A stretch of DNA of 64,000 nt from an uncultured Alphaproteobacteria bacterium (GCA_963765855.1 CAVXYQ010000003.1:361177-425176), one strand, 5' to 3'; positions 19,460 to 30,459 are shown, counted from the stretch's first letter. The notes: generated by a model not told the origin, from the sequence alone. Numbers and translations are program-made.

Positions 19460-21241
19460 CTATTCGCCGGCGGCTTCGGCTCCACGGGTACGCGGATCGG
19501 GGGCGCCCTGCAATCCATTCCCGGTCACCGCGATTGAATTGGCCGAGGTCTGGCCGAGCTGCTCGATCACGCGATCGCCCCTGGCGCGCAGCGCCGCCAG
19601 CGTCTCGCCGGAAAAGCCGCGCTCGACCCGGACCTCGTCCGGCAGCCATTGATTGTGCAGCCGCGGCGCCGCCACCGCCGTCGCGACATCCATCCGATAG
19701 TCGATCACGTTGACGATCACCTGGAGCACCGCCGAGATGATGCGGCTGCCGCCCGGCGAGCCGGTCACCAGCACCGGTTGATTGTCCTTCAGCACGATGG
19801 TCGGCGTCATCGACGACAGCGGCCGTTTGCCGGGACCGGGCAGGTTAGGCTCGAAGCCGACCAGGCCGAAGGCGTTGGCCGCGCCGGGCGCGGCGGTGAA
19901 ATCGTCGAGTTCGTTGTTGAGCAGCACGCCGGTGCCGGCCGCGACCATGCCGACGCCGTAGGGAAAATTCAGCGTGTAGGTGTTGCTGACCGCGTTGCCG
20001 GAACCATCGACCACCGAAAAATGCGTGGTGTTGCTGCCTTCGCGCGGCGGCGGCCGCGGCGAGAACACCTCGGCTGCCGGGGTGGCGCGATCGGGATCGA
20101 TGCTGGCGCGCTGCCTCGCCGCATAGTCCTTGGCGATCAGGGTGGCAATCGGGGCGTTGACGAAGGCCGGATCGCCGAGATAGTGCGCGCGATCGGCATA
20201 GGCGCGCTTCATCGCTTCGATCATCAGATGCAGCGAGGCCGCCGAGCCCTGCTTCAGCCCGGGCATCGCAAAGCCTTCCAGGATGTTGAGCATCTCCAGC
20301 AGGACCACGCCGCCGGACGAGGGCAGCGGCATCGAGACGACGTCATAGCCGCGATAGCTGCCGCGCACCGGCTCGCGGATCGCGGGCGCATAGGATTTGA
20401 GATCGTCCAGCGTCATGATGCCGCCGGCATCGTCGATCGCCTTCACCAGCCTTGCCGCGGTCGGTCCCTGGTAAAATCCGCGCGGTCCCTGTTCGGCGAT
20501 CGCCTGCAGCGTGGCCGCCAGGTCGGTCTGCACCAGGCGGTCGCCTTCGCGCAGCGAGCTGCCATCGGCGCGGGAAAAAATCGCCGCCGAAGCCGGCCAG
20601 CGCGCCAGCCGGTCATGCGCGTCCGGCAGCGTGTCGGCCATGTCGTCGGCCAGCACGATGCCGTCACGCGCGAGATCGATCGCCGGCCGCATCAGGTCCG
20701 CCAGCGTGAACCTGCCCGAGCCATATTGCGCCAGTGCCAGCGCCAGGCCCGCCGGCGTGCCGGGCACGCCGATGCCGAGCGCGGAATCGCGCGACCGCGC
20801 ATTGTCCGGTTTGCCGTCGGGGCCCAGGAATATCCCCGGCGTGGTCGAAGCCGGCGCGGTCTCGCGATAATCGATCGCGACGTCCTGATGGCGCTCTGCC
20901 AGATGGATGATCATGAAACCGCCGCCGCCGATATTTCCCGCGCGCGGATAGGTCACCGCCATCGCGAAGCCGGTGGCGACCGCGGCATCCACCGCATTGC
21001 CTCCGCGCTTGAGCACGTCGGCGCCGATCCGGGCCGCGATCTTTTCCTGCGCCACCACCATGCCGTGATCGGCTGCGACGGCATGAATCGCGCCGGGTGC
21101 CGGCGGCGTGTAGACGCCGCGGCCCGGCTCCTGGGCCGCGGCGGGCAGCCAGCAGGCGCTCACCAGCAGGATTGCGGCAAACAGGGGGCGCCGTCGCGCT
21201 GCAGGAAAATTCATCGGGATTCCGCCGTGGGTTGGAGCCAA
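19460..21241 (-). CDS. ggt: Gamma-glutamyltransferase
   Basis: GGNAVDAAVA, GNIGGGGF, DYRETAP, catalytic NTTHFSVVD, RPLSSMTP, GSPGGSRI. Confidence 0.96.
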   Translation of the reverse strand: MAPTHGGIPMNFPAARRRPLFAAILLVSACWLPAAAQEPGRGVYTPPAPGAIHAVAADHGMVVAQEKIAARIGADVLKRGGNAVDAAVATGFAMAVTYPRAGNIGGGGFMIIHLAERHQDVAIDYRETAPASTTPGIFLGPDGKPDNARSRDSALGIGVPGTPAGLALALAQYGSGRFTLADLMRPAIDLARDGIVLADDMADTLPDAHDRLARWPASAAIFSRADGSSLREGDRLVQTDLAATLQAIAEQGPRGFYQGPTAARLVKAIDDAGGIMTLDDLKSYAPAIREPVRGSYRGYDVVSMPLPSSGGVVLLEMLNILEGFAMPGLKQGSAASLHLMIEAMKRAYADRAHYLGDPAFVNAPIATLIAKDYAARQRASIDPDRATPAAEVFSPRPPPREGSNTTHFSVVDGSGNAVSNTYTLNFPYGVGMVAAGTGVLLNNELDDFTAAPGAANAFGLVGFEPNLPGPGKRPLSSMTPTIVLKDNQPVLVTGSPGGSRIISAVLQVIVNVIDYRMDVATAVAAPRLHNQWLPDEVRVERGFSGETLAALRARGDRVIEQLGQTSANSIAVTGNGLQGAPDPRTRGAEAAGE

Positions 21242-21346
21242 TCAAGGTCGCGAAAACGTCACGCGCCTTCGCCTTTTCCGATGCTATAGGGTTTTGCGGC
21301 GTGGCAGGCAAAACGCCTCCGCGTGATGGGTCGGGGCATTCTGGGC

Positions 21347-22729
21347 ATGGCGATAACGGCTTCGGGCGCGCGCATGGCGGATGTGCAGCATTATCCGCCA
21401 CGCTCCGCGGTCGTCAGCTGGATCATGTTCGACTGGGCGGCGCAGCCTTATTTCACCCTGATCACGACCTTCGTGTTCGCGCCCTATTTCGCCACCCATG
21501 TGGCTTCCGATCCCGCCAGCGGTCAATCGCTGTGGGGATTCGCCACTGCGGCGGCGGGGCTGTTGATCGCGCTGCTGTCGCCGGTGCTGGGCGCCATCGC
21601 CGATGCCAGCGGCCGCCGCAAGCCGTGGATCGCGGCGTTCGGCGCGCTGCTGGTGATCGGCTCCTGCCTGATGTGGTTCGGCAGGCCCGGCGACAGCAGC
21701 GTGATTGTGCCGCTGCTGCTGGCTTACGGCATCGCCACCGTCGGCGTCGAATTCGCCACCGTGTTCAACAATGCGATGATGCCGACCCTGGTGCCGCCGG
21801 ACCGCATCGGGCGGCTGTCCGGCACCGGCTGGGCCACCGGCTATGTCGGCGGCATCCTGAGCCTGATCCTGGTGCTTGGCTTTCTCGCCGCCAATCCAGA
21901 CACCGGACGCACGCTGTTCGGCTACCGGCCGCTGTTCGGCCTCGATCCCGTGATGCATCAGGGCGACCGCCTCACCGGCCCCCTGACCGGCATCTGGTTC
22001 GTCATCTTCGTGCTGCCGATGTTCCTGCTGACGCCGGATTATCCGGCCAAACGAAAATGGCGCGAGGCGCTGCGCCAGGGCTTGCGCGAATTGAAGCAGA
22101 CGCTCGGCGAATTGCCGAAGCGGAAATCGATGGCGGCGTTTCTGCTCGCCAACATGATCTACACCGACGGGCTGGTGTCGCTGTTCGCGTTCGGCGGCAT
22201 CTACGCCGCCGGCACGTTCGGCTGGCAGACCATCCAGATCGGCAGCTTCGGCATCCTGCTGGCGATCGCCGGCACCTTCGGCGCCTGGCTCGGCGGCCGG
22301 CTCGACGATACGCTCGGACCCAGGCGCGTGATTGCCGGCAGCATGACGATCCTGCTGGTTGCGATCATCGCCATTCTGCTGGTCGACAAGGATCGGGTCC
22401 TGTTCGTCAGGGTGGCGGCGCCGGTGCCGGGCGGCGCGCTGTTCGCGAGCGCGGCCGAGCGCGCCTATCTGGTGCTGGGGTGCCTGATCGGCGCGGCCGG
22501 CGGCCCGCTGCAGGCGGCGTCGCGCACGCTGCTGATCCGGATGGCGCCGAAGGACCGCATCGCGCAATATTTCGGACTGTTCGCGCTGACCGGCAAGGTC
22601 ACCTCGTTCGTCGGGCCGCTGCTGATCGGCCTGATCACGGCGCTGACCGAAAGCCAGAAGGCCGGCATGGCGGTGCTGGTGGCGTTCTTCGTGGCCGGAC
22701 TGGTATTGCTGGCACGGGTGAAGGATTAG
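21347..22729 (+). CDS. MFS transporter (UMF1/Atg22-like)
   Basis: WIMFDWAAQPYFT, GAIAD..GRRK, multiple TM helices. Confidence 0.88.
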   Translation: MAITASGARMADVQHYPPRSAVVSWIMFDWAAQPYFTLITTFVFAPYFATHVASDPASGQSLWGFATAAAGLLIALLSPVLGAIADASGRRKPWIAAFGALLVIGSCLMWFGRPGDSSVIVPLLLAYGIATVGVEFATVFNNAMMPTLVPPDRIGRLSGTGWATGYVGGILSLILVLGFLAANPDTGRTLFGYRPLFGLDPVMHQGDRLTGPLTGIWFVIFVLPMFLLTPDYPAKRKWREALRQGLRELKQTLGELPKRKSMAAFLLANMIYTDGLVSLFAFGGIYAAGTFGWQTIQIGSFGILLAIAGTFGAWLGGRLDDTLGPRRVIAGSMTILLVAIIAILLVDKDRVLFVRVAAPVPGGALFASAAERAYLVLGCLIGAAGGPLQAASRTLLIRMAPKDRIAQYFGLFALTGKVTSFVGPLLIGLITALTESQKAGMAVLVAFFVAGLVLLARVKD

Positions 22730-22741
22730 TCCAGCCCGGCC

Positions 22742-22796
22742 CGTGTCCCGGATGCGGTGCCGGGTCCTTCCCGCTGCTCCGCAGAGCCGGGGCACG
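22742..22796. repeat. Intergenic palindromic repeat (CGTGTCCCGGA family), copy 1
   Basis: CGTGTCCCGGATGCGGTGC...GCAGAGCCGGGGCACG; related copies at 29185 and 30398. Confidence 0.6.
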
Positions 22797-22879
22797 ATGC
22801 GGGTGCCGCGGCGACTTAAGGCAAACATGCGTTCGGCGTCATAACCTTCGGACGGATGCCGGGCCATGACGGTGCGTCG

Positions 22880-24472
22880 TCAGTGCCTGAAGTGCCGCAC
22901 GCCGGTCAACACCATGGCGATGCCGGCGTCGTCGGCGGCCTTGATCACTTCGTCGTCGCGGATCGATCCGCCGGGCTGGATCACCGCGGTGGCGCCGGCT
23001 TCGATCGCGACCAGAAGGCCGTCGGCGAACGGAAAGAACGCATCGGAGGCCACCACCGAACCCATGGTCATCGGCTGCGCCAGCCTGGCATCGGAGGCCG
23101 CGTCCTGCGCCTTGCGCGCGGCGATACGCGCCGAATCCACCCGGCTCATCTGGCCGGCGCCGATCCCGACGGTGGCAAGATCCCTGGCATAGACGATGGT
23201 ATTGGACTTGACGTGCTTGGCAACGCGGAACGCGAATTTGAGATCGCGCATCTCGGCGTCGGTGGGCGCGCGCTTGGTCGCGACCATCAGCTTCATGTCG
23301 TCGACCACGGCGTTGTCGCGGCTTTGCACGAGGAGTCCGCCGGCCACGGTTTTCGCGGTCAGGCCCGGGCTGCGGGGGTCGGGCAGGCTGCCCGCCAGCA
23401 ACAGCCGCAGATTTTTCTTGGCGGCGACGATGGCGATGGCCTCGTCGGTGGCATCGGGCGCGATGATCACCTCGGTGAAGATCTCGGTGATGGCGCGCGC
23501 GGCCTCCGCATCCAGTATCCGGTTGAGCGCGACGATGCCGCCGAAGGCGGAGGTGGAATCGCAGGCCAGCGCCCGGCGATAGGCGCCGACCAGATCGGCG
23601 CCCTCGGCGACGCCGCAGGGATTGGCGTGCTTGACGATGACGCAGGCCGCGGTGCGCTTGGAATCGAATTCGGCGAGGCATTCATAGGCCGCGTCGGTGT
23701 CGTTGATGTTGTTGTAGGACAGTTCCTTGCCCTGCAGCTGTCGCGTGGAGGCAACGCCCGGACGCCGATCGGGCGTGCGATAGAACGCGGCATGCTGGTG
23801 CGGGTTCTCGCCATAGCGCAGCGCCTGGATCAGCCGTCCGCCGAAGGCGCGGAAATCCGGCGCCGTGGTGTCGAGCTCGGCCGCGAACCAGTTCGAGATC
23901 GCCGCGTCATAGGCCGCGGTGCGGGCATAGGCCTTGGCCGCCAGCCGGCGGCGCAACGCCAGCGTGGTCGCGCCCTTGTTGGCGGCCAGTTCGTCGAGCA
24001 CGGCCTGATAATCCTGCGCTTCGACCACGACCGCGACATCGTCGTGATTCTTCGCCGCGGCGCGGATCATCGCGGGACCGCCGATGTCGATGTTCTCGAC
24101 GCATTCGGCGAAATCGGCGCCCTTCTCTACCGTCGCCTCGAACGGATAGAGATTGACCACCAAGAGATCGATCGGCGCGATGCCGTGTTGTTTCATGGCG
24201 GCCGCATGCTCGGCGTTGTCACGGATCGCGAGCAGCCCGCCATGCACCTTGGGGTGCAGGGTCTTGACCCGGCCGTCCATCATTTCCGGAAAACCAGTGA
24301 GTTCCGAGACGTCGGACACCTTCAATCCGGCGGCGGCGAGCGTCTTGGCGGTGCCGCCGGTGGAGACCAGGTGGATGCCGTGCCCGGCCAGCGCGCGGGC
24401 AAATTCGATCAGGCCGGATTTGTCCGATACGGACAACAATGCGCGGGTCACGCGGCGCGGATGGTCGGTCAT
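22880..24472 (-). CDS. purH: Bifunctional AICAR transformylase/IMP cyclohydrolase
   Basis: [55 protein letters not shown]. Confidence 0.98.
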   Translation of the reverse strand: MTDHPRRVTRALLSVSDKSGLIEFARALAGHGIHLVSTGGTAKTLAAAGLKVSDVSELTGFPEMMDGRVKTLHPKVHGGLLAIRDNAEHAAAMKQHGIAPIDLLVVNLYPFEATVEKGADFAECVENIDIGGPAMIRAAAKNHDDVAVVVEAQDYQAVLDELAANKGATTLALRRRLAAKAYARTAAYDAAISNWFAAELDTTAPDFRAFGGRLIQALRYGENPHQHAAFYRTPDRRPGVASTRQLQGKELSYNNINDTDAAYECLAEFDSKRTAACVIVKHANPCGVAEGADLVGAYRRALACDSTSAFGGIVALNRILDAEAARAITEIFTEVIIAPDATDEAIAIVAAKKNLRLLLAGSLPDPRSPGLTAKTVAGGLLVQSRDNAVVDDMKLMVATKRAPTDAEMRDLKFAFRVAKHVKSNTIVYARDLATVGIGAGQMSRVDSARIAARKAQDAASDARLAQPMTMGSVVASDAFFPFADGLLVAIEAGATAVIQPGGSIRDDEVIKAADDAGIAMVLTGVRHFRH

Positions 24473-24502
24473 GGGCAAGATCCTCAGTTAAAAGGGTGCT
24501 TT

Positions 24503-24578
24503 TTGCCCAGGCGCGCGGCAGAAACGCCCGCGCTTCCCGATGGTGCTCCATCCAAGGTCGCCAGTCGCGCGGGTGACC
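24503..24578 (-). ncRNA. ZMP/ZTP (pfl) riboswitch
   Basis: Minus strand CCCGCGCGACTGGCGA...GGATGG..CCATCGGGAAGCGCGGG...GCCGCGCGCCTGGGCA directly upstream of purH. Confidence 0.9.
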
Positions 24579-24648
24579 GACAGCTAGCAGCTTTCGGCGC
24601 CCCTCACAACGGCCGGCTGCGGCTGCCCCCCATCTTGTGCGACGCTTT

Positions 24649-26404
24649 CTACAGCGGCAATTCCGGCTCGCGGCGCGCATTGCGCCGCGCCGTGGTCGCC
24701 GAGGCCGTGGTGGTGGAACGCACGAAGCTCCAGCGGATGCTGGAAACCTGGCGGGAATCCTGCCGGATCACGATCTGGGCGGTGCGGCGGGCGCCGTCAT
24801 TTCCGGCCAGGAACACGCTGTCCTCCAGCTCGACCTTGTCGTCGAGCGCCTCGAAGGTCCAGACGTCGCGGTTGGGCAGCACCAGCATCACGCCGCGGGC
24901 GTCGCTGAGACGGCTAGCCTTGACCGAGGGGTGCAGATGAAACCGCAGCGCATAGTCGGTCTCCGAGCCCTTGATCCGCGCGCCGGGCGCCGCCGACAGG
25001 GTGTCTTCGCCGTCGAGCCGCGATCCGTCATGCGCGGCCATCAGCACCCGGCGATGCACCACGCCGAAGCGCGGCAGATAGCCGTCATGCGAGGTGGTCA
25101 AAAGCTCGCCATTGCCGACCGACTCGCGGTAGCTACTCCACATTGCTCGGGCCGCTGACCACGGGCGCGCCCTGCAGCAGCCGCTTCATCGCCGACAGCT
25201 CGACGAACTGGCACGACGAGGTCTCGTGATAGGTCAGGGTCGAATGCGCCGGCGTGCCGCGCGCAAAGCTGCGCCAGTTGTCGCGGCCGGTGGTCGGCAT
25301 GCCGCAATTGATCACGATCCGGCTCGGCCCGGACGACAATTCGAACGAAAGACAGCCGGCATGGGCGTCGTGGCTGACATTGGCCGGCGGCGGCGGGCCG
25401 GTGTCCATGATCACCGTCATGGCGCCGGCATCGAGCCGCTGGTAGCCGGTGTGCGGCATGTTGGCCATCGGCGCGCCGCGGGTGTCGTCATAGGCGAGCA
25501 GGGTCGCCAGCAGGTCGGACGGCGCGCTGCTCATGCCGTTGAACAGCGCAAAGCTGCCGTCGCCGTGGCGGAAGAAGCGCAGCATCGGCATCATGCGGTC
25601 GATCGCGTTCAACAGCGCCGGCGGCGGCGCGATGTTGCGCGCGGCAAAGGTCTGCCGCAGCGGCAACAGGTCGATCAACAGCTCGATCAGCGCGCCCGGA
25701 TTGCGCGAGATGTGACCGCCATCGGGCAGGATCTGGCGCTGCAATTCGTCGGACAATCTGCGGGTGGCGGTGCGGATGTGGCGCGCCTGGTTGGCCAGGC
25801 ACAGCGAGGCGTAGCACAGCGCGATCAGCACCTGCAGGCGCGGCACGCCGTCGGGAATGTCGAGCATGGTGTAGCGCAGATAGCGGATCTCGCGGGTCAG
25901 ACCGCGCAGATAACGCCGATAGAATTTGCCGTCGGTGTCGCCGAGCACCAGCGGCGCCTGCGACAACAGCGAGATGACGCGGCGCGCCAGCACGTCGGCG
26001 CGGCGGCCGACGGTGCGCTTCTGCGCCTGATTCGACAGCCAGTCGTCGACCAGCGAGCGGGCGTTGGCGCGGGTCAGCGCGGTATCGGCCGCGCGCAGAT
26101 GCCGCAGCCAGCCGAAACCGAGCAGCGCCACTTCCCAGTCTTCCGACGGCGGCTCCAGATCGAAGATCGAGCGGCCGTGGCAGGTCACGATCTTGCCGGC
26201 GAACACGAAGCGGCCGGCATAGATTTCGGCGGCGCGGGTGGCGTCGGCGGTGCGCAGGTCGTGCGGGGCGATGATCAGCCGGTCGGTGCGGCCCGGCCAC
26301 AGCCGCGACAGCGCCACCGAGCCGCCGCTGGCGCGCGACATCATGTTCCGCGCGAAGCGGCCCATGATCAGTGTCGAAATGCGTCTGCGCTGAGCGACCG
26401 ACAC
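24649..26404 (-). CDS. Heparinase II/III family protein, split by a +1 frameshift at 25135
   Basis: LGFGWLRHL, LRFFRHGDG..FNG, HAGCLSFELS, HSTL, SHDGY. Removing one base joins GPSNVE to SYRESVG. Confidence 0.85.
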
Positions 26405-26519
26405 GCCTTGCCTTGATTGGGAGGATCCTGCTGCGAATCCTTTTAATCCGGAAACGCCGTCAAGACACCATCTTGAAACCCCGCGAATCAATGGGGCGGA
26501 GCGAAAATGCGGTGCAAAA

Positions 26520-27872
26520 TCAGGATTTAACCAGCCGCGCGGCGTAAAACCCGTCGAGCCCGGCGAGCCGGGGGTCGGCGTGAGGCAGATGGCAGGGCAG
26601 GGTGCGCAGGTCGCCGTCCGCGGTCACGATCTCGCCGAGGCCGGCGACCTCGGCCGGGTCGATCGGCACCCGCCGCACGCCGGATTCGGCGGCGAGCAGG
26701 GCCGCGACGGCCTGCTCGCCTTCTTCCGGCTCCAGCGAGCAGGTGCAATAGACCAGCGTGCCGCCCGGCCTGAGCAGCGCCACCGCTCTTTGCAGCAGCC
26801 GCTTCTGCAGCGCGGTCAGGGCGCCGATATCGGCCTCCTGCCGCAGCCAGGCGACGTCGGGGTGGCGCCGGATGGTGCCGGTCGAGGAACAGGGGGCATC
26901 GACCAGGATGCCGTCGAAGCCGCCGCCGGCTTCGCCGCCCGGCCATTCGGCGGCGTCGGCCACCACCGTCCCGGCCTGCAGCGCCAGCCGCGCCAGATTG
27001 TCGCGCAGCCGGGTCATGCGGCCCGGCGAGCGGTCGACCGCGGTGACCTGCGCGCCGGCCTGCACCAGTTGCGCGGTCTTGCCGCCGGGCGCGGCGCAGA
27101 GATCGGCGATGGTCTTGCCGGCGACGTCGCCGAACAGCCGCGCCGGCAGCGCGGCGGCGGCGTCCTGCACCCACCATTGGCCTTCGGCGAAGCCCGGCAG
27201 CATGGTCACCGAGCCCTGCAGCAGCGTGCGCACCGAGCCGGTCGGCAGGATTTCGCCGTGCAGCCGCGTCGCCCACTGCGCCGCATCGGACTTCACGGTG
27301 ATATCGAGCGACGGTTCGTGGCCGAGCGCGACGGCGATGTCGTGCGCCGTCGCCTCGCCGTAATGGGCGATCCAGCGCGCCAACAGCCAGGGCGGGACGT
27401 CCAGCGTCTGCGACTTGATCTCGTCGATCAGCGGCTGGCCCTCGCGCGCGCAGCGGCGCAGCACCGCATTGACCAGCCCGGCATATTTCGCGGCCCGCCG
27501 GTCGGATTGCACCAGCCGCACCGAGAGGTCGACCGCGGCATGGTCGGGGACCTCCATCCACAGAATCTGCGCGGCGCCGATCAGCAGCGCGCTCTGCGCG
27601 CGCGGCGCGTCGGTCGGGATGCCGCGATCGAGCAGCCGCGACAGCACATGGCCGAGCGTGCCGAGCCGGCGCAGAATCGTCGCCACCAGGCGCCGCATCA
27701 GGGCGCGGTCGCGGTCCGACAATGTCTTCAGCCCGGGATGGGCGGCGCCGCCGTCGAGCTGCTCGTCGAGCGTCCGGTGCTTGTGCAGCACGCCGTCAAG
27801 AATATCGGCTGCGATCCGCCGCGCCGCGAGACCAGGCACTTCGGACGGCAGAGCGAATCGTTGAGGAGGCAT
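26520..27872 (-). CDS. rsmB: RsmB/NOP (Sun/Fmu) RNA m5C methyltransferase
   Basis: NusB-like N-terminus, VQDAAA, DLCAAPGGKT, DAPCSSTG, YCTCSL. Confidence 0.92.
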   Translation of the reverse strand: MPPQRFALPSEVPGLAARRIAADILDGVLHKHRTLDEQLDGGAAHPGLKTLSDRDRALMRRLVATILRRLGTLGHVLSRLLDRGIPTDAPRAQSALLIGAAQILWMEVPDHAAVDLSVRLVQSDRRAAKYAGLVNAVLRRCAREGQPLIDEIKSQTLDVPPWLLARWIAHYGEATAHDIAVALGHEPSLDITVKSDAAQWATRLHGEILPTGSVRTLLQGSVTMLPGFAEGQWWVQDAAAALPARLFGDVAGKTIADLCAAPGGKTAQLVQAGAQVTAVDRSPGRMTRLRDNLARLALQAGTVVADAAEWPGGEAGGGFDGILVDAPCSSTGTIRRHPDVAWLRQEADIGALTALQKRLLQRAVALLRPGGTLVYCTCSLEPEEGEQAVAALLAAESGVRRVPIDPAEVAGLGEIVTADGDLRTLPCHLPHADPRLAGLDGFYAARLVKS

Positions 27873-28051
27873 GGAGCGGGAACATCTCGGGAAAAGCGAT
27901 GGCGGTGCGGCGGTTTAGGCGCCTGCCAGCGGATGGAAAAACACCTCTGGCATGCGAATATGCCAAATATAAGAATCGCCTTGATGATTTCACGATTGGG
28001 GTGTGATTTTGCGGTCGGAGCGGGCGACCGCCGCGACAGGAAGCTGCTGAG

Positions 28052-28276
28052 ATGACCGACGATTCCACCGATTCCTCGACCGCGGCCGCCGCATCGGCCC
28101 CGGAACGCAAGACGCTGCCGCCGGCGGCACAGCGCGCGCTGGCCGAGGCCGAGGCGCGAAGGCGTGCAGCCGCGGTCAATGCCCGGCCGGCGGCCAAGGA
28201 ATTCCAAGGCCCGAAGGGCCCGGAACCGACCCGTTTCGGGGATTGGGAGAACAAGGGCATCGCCTCGGATTTTTGA
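28052..28276 (+). CDS. DUF1674 domain protein (SDHAF4-like)
   Basis: GPKGPEPTRFGDWENKGIASDF C-terminus. Confidence 0.9.
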   Translation: MTDDSTDSSTAAAASAPERKTLPPAAQRALAEAEARRRAAAVNARPAAKEFQGPKGPEPTRFGDWENKGIASDF

Positions 28277-28302
28277 AGGGGCGCTGGTGGCTACCAGCTC
28301 CG

Positions 28303-28345
28303 CGTCATTCCGGGCCTGCGCCAGGGGACGCATCCCGCAATGACA
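28303..28345. repeat. GTCATTCCGGG...AATGAC palindromic repeat
   Basis: CGTCATTCCGGGC...GCAATGAC; typical rhizobial intergenic REP-like unit (recalled). Confidence 0.5.
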
Positions 28346-28354
28346 AGCGCAAAC

Positions 28355-28381
28355 AAAAGCCGCGCTCGCGGCGCGGCTTTT
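28355..28381. terminator. Bidirectional intrinsic terminator
   Basis: AAAAGCCGCGC-TCGCG-GCGCGGCTTTT between convergent genes. Confidence 0.82.
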
Positions 28382-28406
28382 CGGATCGCAAATGCGACGG
28401 ATCGGT

Positions 28407-28919
28407 TCAGCGCGCGACCACCACCGTGGTGCCGACCGAGACGCGCTGATAGAGGTCGGTAATGTCGTCGTTCAGCATCCGGATGCATCCATAGGAGACG
28501 AAGCCGCCGACCGATCCCGGCATGTTGGTGCCGTGGATGGCGTATTCGCCGCCCGCCAGGGTCATCGCCGCGACGCCCATCGGATTGTGCGGCGAGCCGC
28601 CGGGAATCACGTCCGGCATCGACGGCTTGTCGTGCTTGACCTCGGCCGGCGGCGACCAGGCCGGATTGCGGTACTTGCCGTCGATCCGGGTGACGCCGGC
28701 CCATTGCTTGCCGGATTTGCCGACGCCGACCGGATAGCGGACGGCGTGGCCGGGGTCGAGCACCAGATAGAGCCGGCGCTCGTTGGTCTTCACGACAATG
28801 GTGCCCGGCGAATAGTCGCCCCGGAATCCGACCATGTCGGGCCGCGCCTCGGCCACCGACGACATCAACATCCCAGCCCCGAAGGTGGCGGCCAGCGCCA
28901 CCGCAATCTTCAACGACAT
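28407..28919 (-). CDS. L,D-transpeptidase (YkuD family)
   Basis: Signal peptide; RYPVGVG, NPMG, YAIHGT, SYGCIRM. Confidence 0.92.
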   Translation of the reverse strand: MSLKIAVALAATFGAGMLMSSVAEARPDMVGFRGDYSPGTIVVKTNERRLYLVLDPGHAVRYPVGVGKSGKQWAGVTRIDGKYRNPAWSPPAEVKHDKPSMPDVIPGGSPHNPMGVAAMTLAGGEYAIHGTNMPGSVGGFVSYGCIRMLNDDITDLYQRVSVGTTVVVAR

Positions 28920-29184
28920 CACATTCTCCACATTCGTTCGGTGTCCGCTTTGCGGGCGCCTGAATTCCGCGCCAGCCCGGCAAATCGCCGGGCCTTGCCC
29001 ACGCATTTTTAACCGCGTGCATTAACCAGGTGGTTTCCACGCCGGGCTCCAGGCCCGCTCACTGCGCGAAACAAAGGAAATGTTGCAAACAAAGTAAATG
29101 ACTTGAAAACAACACCCGGCAGGAAACGTGCGCCGCGGCCGACTTGTCCCTGACGATTGCGTGAGCGGGCAGGCTTTGAGAATT

Positions 29185-29326
29185 CGTGTCCCGGACGCGG
29201 TGCCGCGCTATCGGCGCGGCTCCGCTGAGCCGGGACCAAGACGACATACCGTCCGTGCAACAAGGGCCCCGGATCTGCAGCGGACCGCGCCGCCAGGGCG
29301 GCGTGCTGCGCTTGGTCCGGGGAACG
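29185..29326. repeat. Intergenic palindromic repeat (CGTGTCCCGGA family), full two-lobed copy
   Basis: CGTGTCCCGGACGCGGTGC..GAGCCGGGAC..GGCCCCGGATCTGCAGCG..GCTGCGC..GTCCGGGGAACG. Confidence 0.65.
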
Positions 29327-29425
29327 GGACTGCCGCATGGGCCGCGGCAGCGCGGATAATTGCGTGAGCGGCGCGGCGGCCTATATCCATCGCGGGCGTG
29401 CGGATCCCCGCGGCGGAGATTTCTG

Positions 29426-30376
29426 ATGGGCGTCATGGTCGATGGCATCTGGCGCCAGGAAGACGGCTTTCCGGCCGACACCGCCGGGCATTTCACCCGC
29501 CCGGCCTCGCCGCTGCGCAACTGGGTCACAACGGATGGTTCGCCGGGGCCGAGCGGCCGCGGCGGTTTTGCCGCCGAGCCCGGCCGCTATCATCTCTACG
29601 TGTCGCTGGCCTGCCCGTGGGCGCACCGCACCCTGATCTTCCGCGCCCTGAAGGGCCTGGAAGATGCCATCGGCCTGTCGGTGGTGCATTGGTTCATGGG
29701 CGCCGACGGCTGGACTTTCGCGCCGGGTCCGGGGGTCATCGCCGACCCGATCCACCATGCGCAGCTGCTGCACCAGGTCTACGCCGCCGGCGATCCGTCC
29801 TATACCGGGCGCGTCACCGTCCCGGTGCTGTGGGATCGCAAGACCGCGCAGATCGTCAACAACGAATCCTCCGAGATCATCCGGATGCTGAACTCGGCCT
29901 TCGACCGCGTCGGCGCCTTGCCCGGCGATTTCTATCCGGCCGACCTGCGCCACGACATCGATGCGCTCAATGCGCGGATCTACGAGACCGTCAACAACGG
30001 CGTCTACCGCGCCGGATTTGCGCGCAGCCAGTCAGCCTATGACGAAGCCGTCACCGCCCTGTTCGCGTCGCTCGACTGGCTCGAGGAGATGCTGTCCGGC
30101 CGGCGCTGGTTGCTGGGCGAACGGCTGACCGAAGCCGACTGGCGGCTGTTCACCACCCTGGTCCGGTTCGACACCGTCTATGTCGGGCACTTCAAATGCA
30201 ACATCCGGCGCATCGCCGACTACCGGCATCTGTCACGCTACCTGAAGGAGCTCTACCGGCGGCCGTTGATCAAGGAGACCGTGAACCTGTTTCACATCAA
30301 GCATCATTATTACGAAAGCCATCGTCACCTGAACCCCAGCGGCATCGTGCCGGCCGGCCCGCTGCTGGATTTGTGA
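29426..30376 (+). CDS. yqjG: Glutathionyl-hydroquinone reductase (YqjG/ECM4 GST family)
   Basis: RYHLYVSLACPWAHRTLI, GRVTVPVLWD, NNESSEI, VNNGVYR, HIKHHYY. Confidence 0.93.
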   Translation: MGVMVDGIWRQEDGFPADTAGHFTRPASPLRNWVTTDGSPGPSGRGGFAAEPGRYHLYVSLACPWAHRTLIFRALKGLEDAIGLSVVHWFMGADGWTFAPGPGVIADPIHHAQLLHQVYAAGDPSYTGRVTVPVLWDRKTAQIVNNESSEIIRMLNSAFDRVGALPGDFYPADLRHDIDALNARIYETVNNGVYRAGFARSQSAYDEAVTALFASLDWLEEMLSGRRWLLGERLTEADWRLFTTLVRFDTVYVGHFKCNIRRIADYRHLSRYLKELYRRPLIKETVNLFHIKHHYYESHRHLNPSGIVPAGPLLDL

Positions 30377-30397
30377 GGCGTGTCTCGCCTCTGCCAT

Positions 30398-30459
30398 GGA
30401 CCCCGGATCAGAAGCGCATCACGCCGCCAGCGCGGCGCGCTGCGCTTCGTCCGGGGGAC
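30398..30459. repeat. Intergenic palindromic repeat, half copy
   Basis: GGACCCCGGATCAG.AGCGCA..GCTGCGC..GTCCGGGG matches the right lobe of the 29185 copy. Confidence 0.6.

Noticed and set aside
8092-26416. Very long alternative-frame ORFs (e.g. 8220-10493, 17078-19327, 22856-24940, 19649-21289)
   Set aside because: They are antisense or shifted shadows of real genes, caused by stop-codon scarcity in high-GC DNA, and are rich in R/G/A/P with no motifs.
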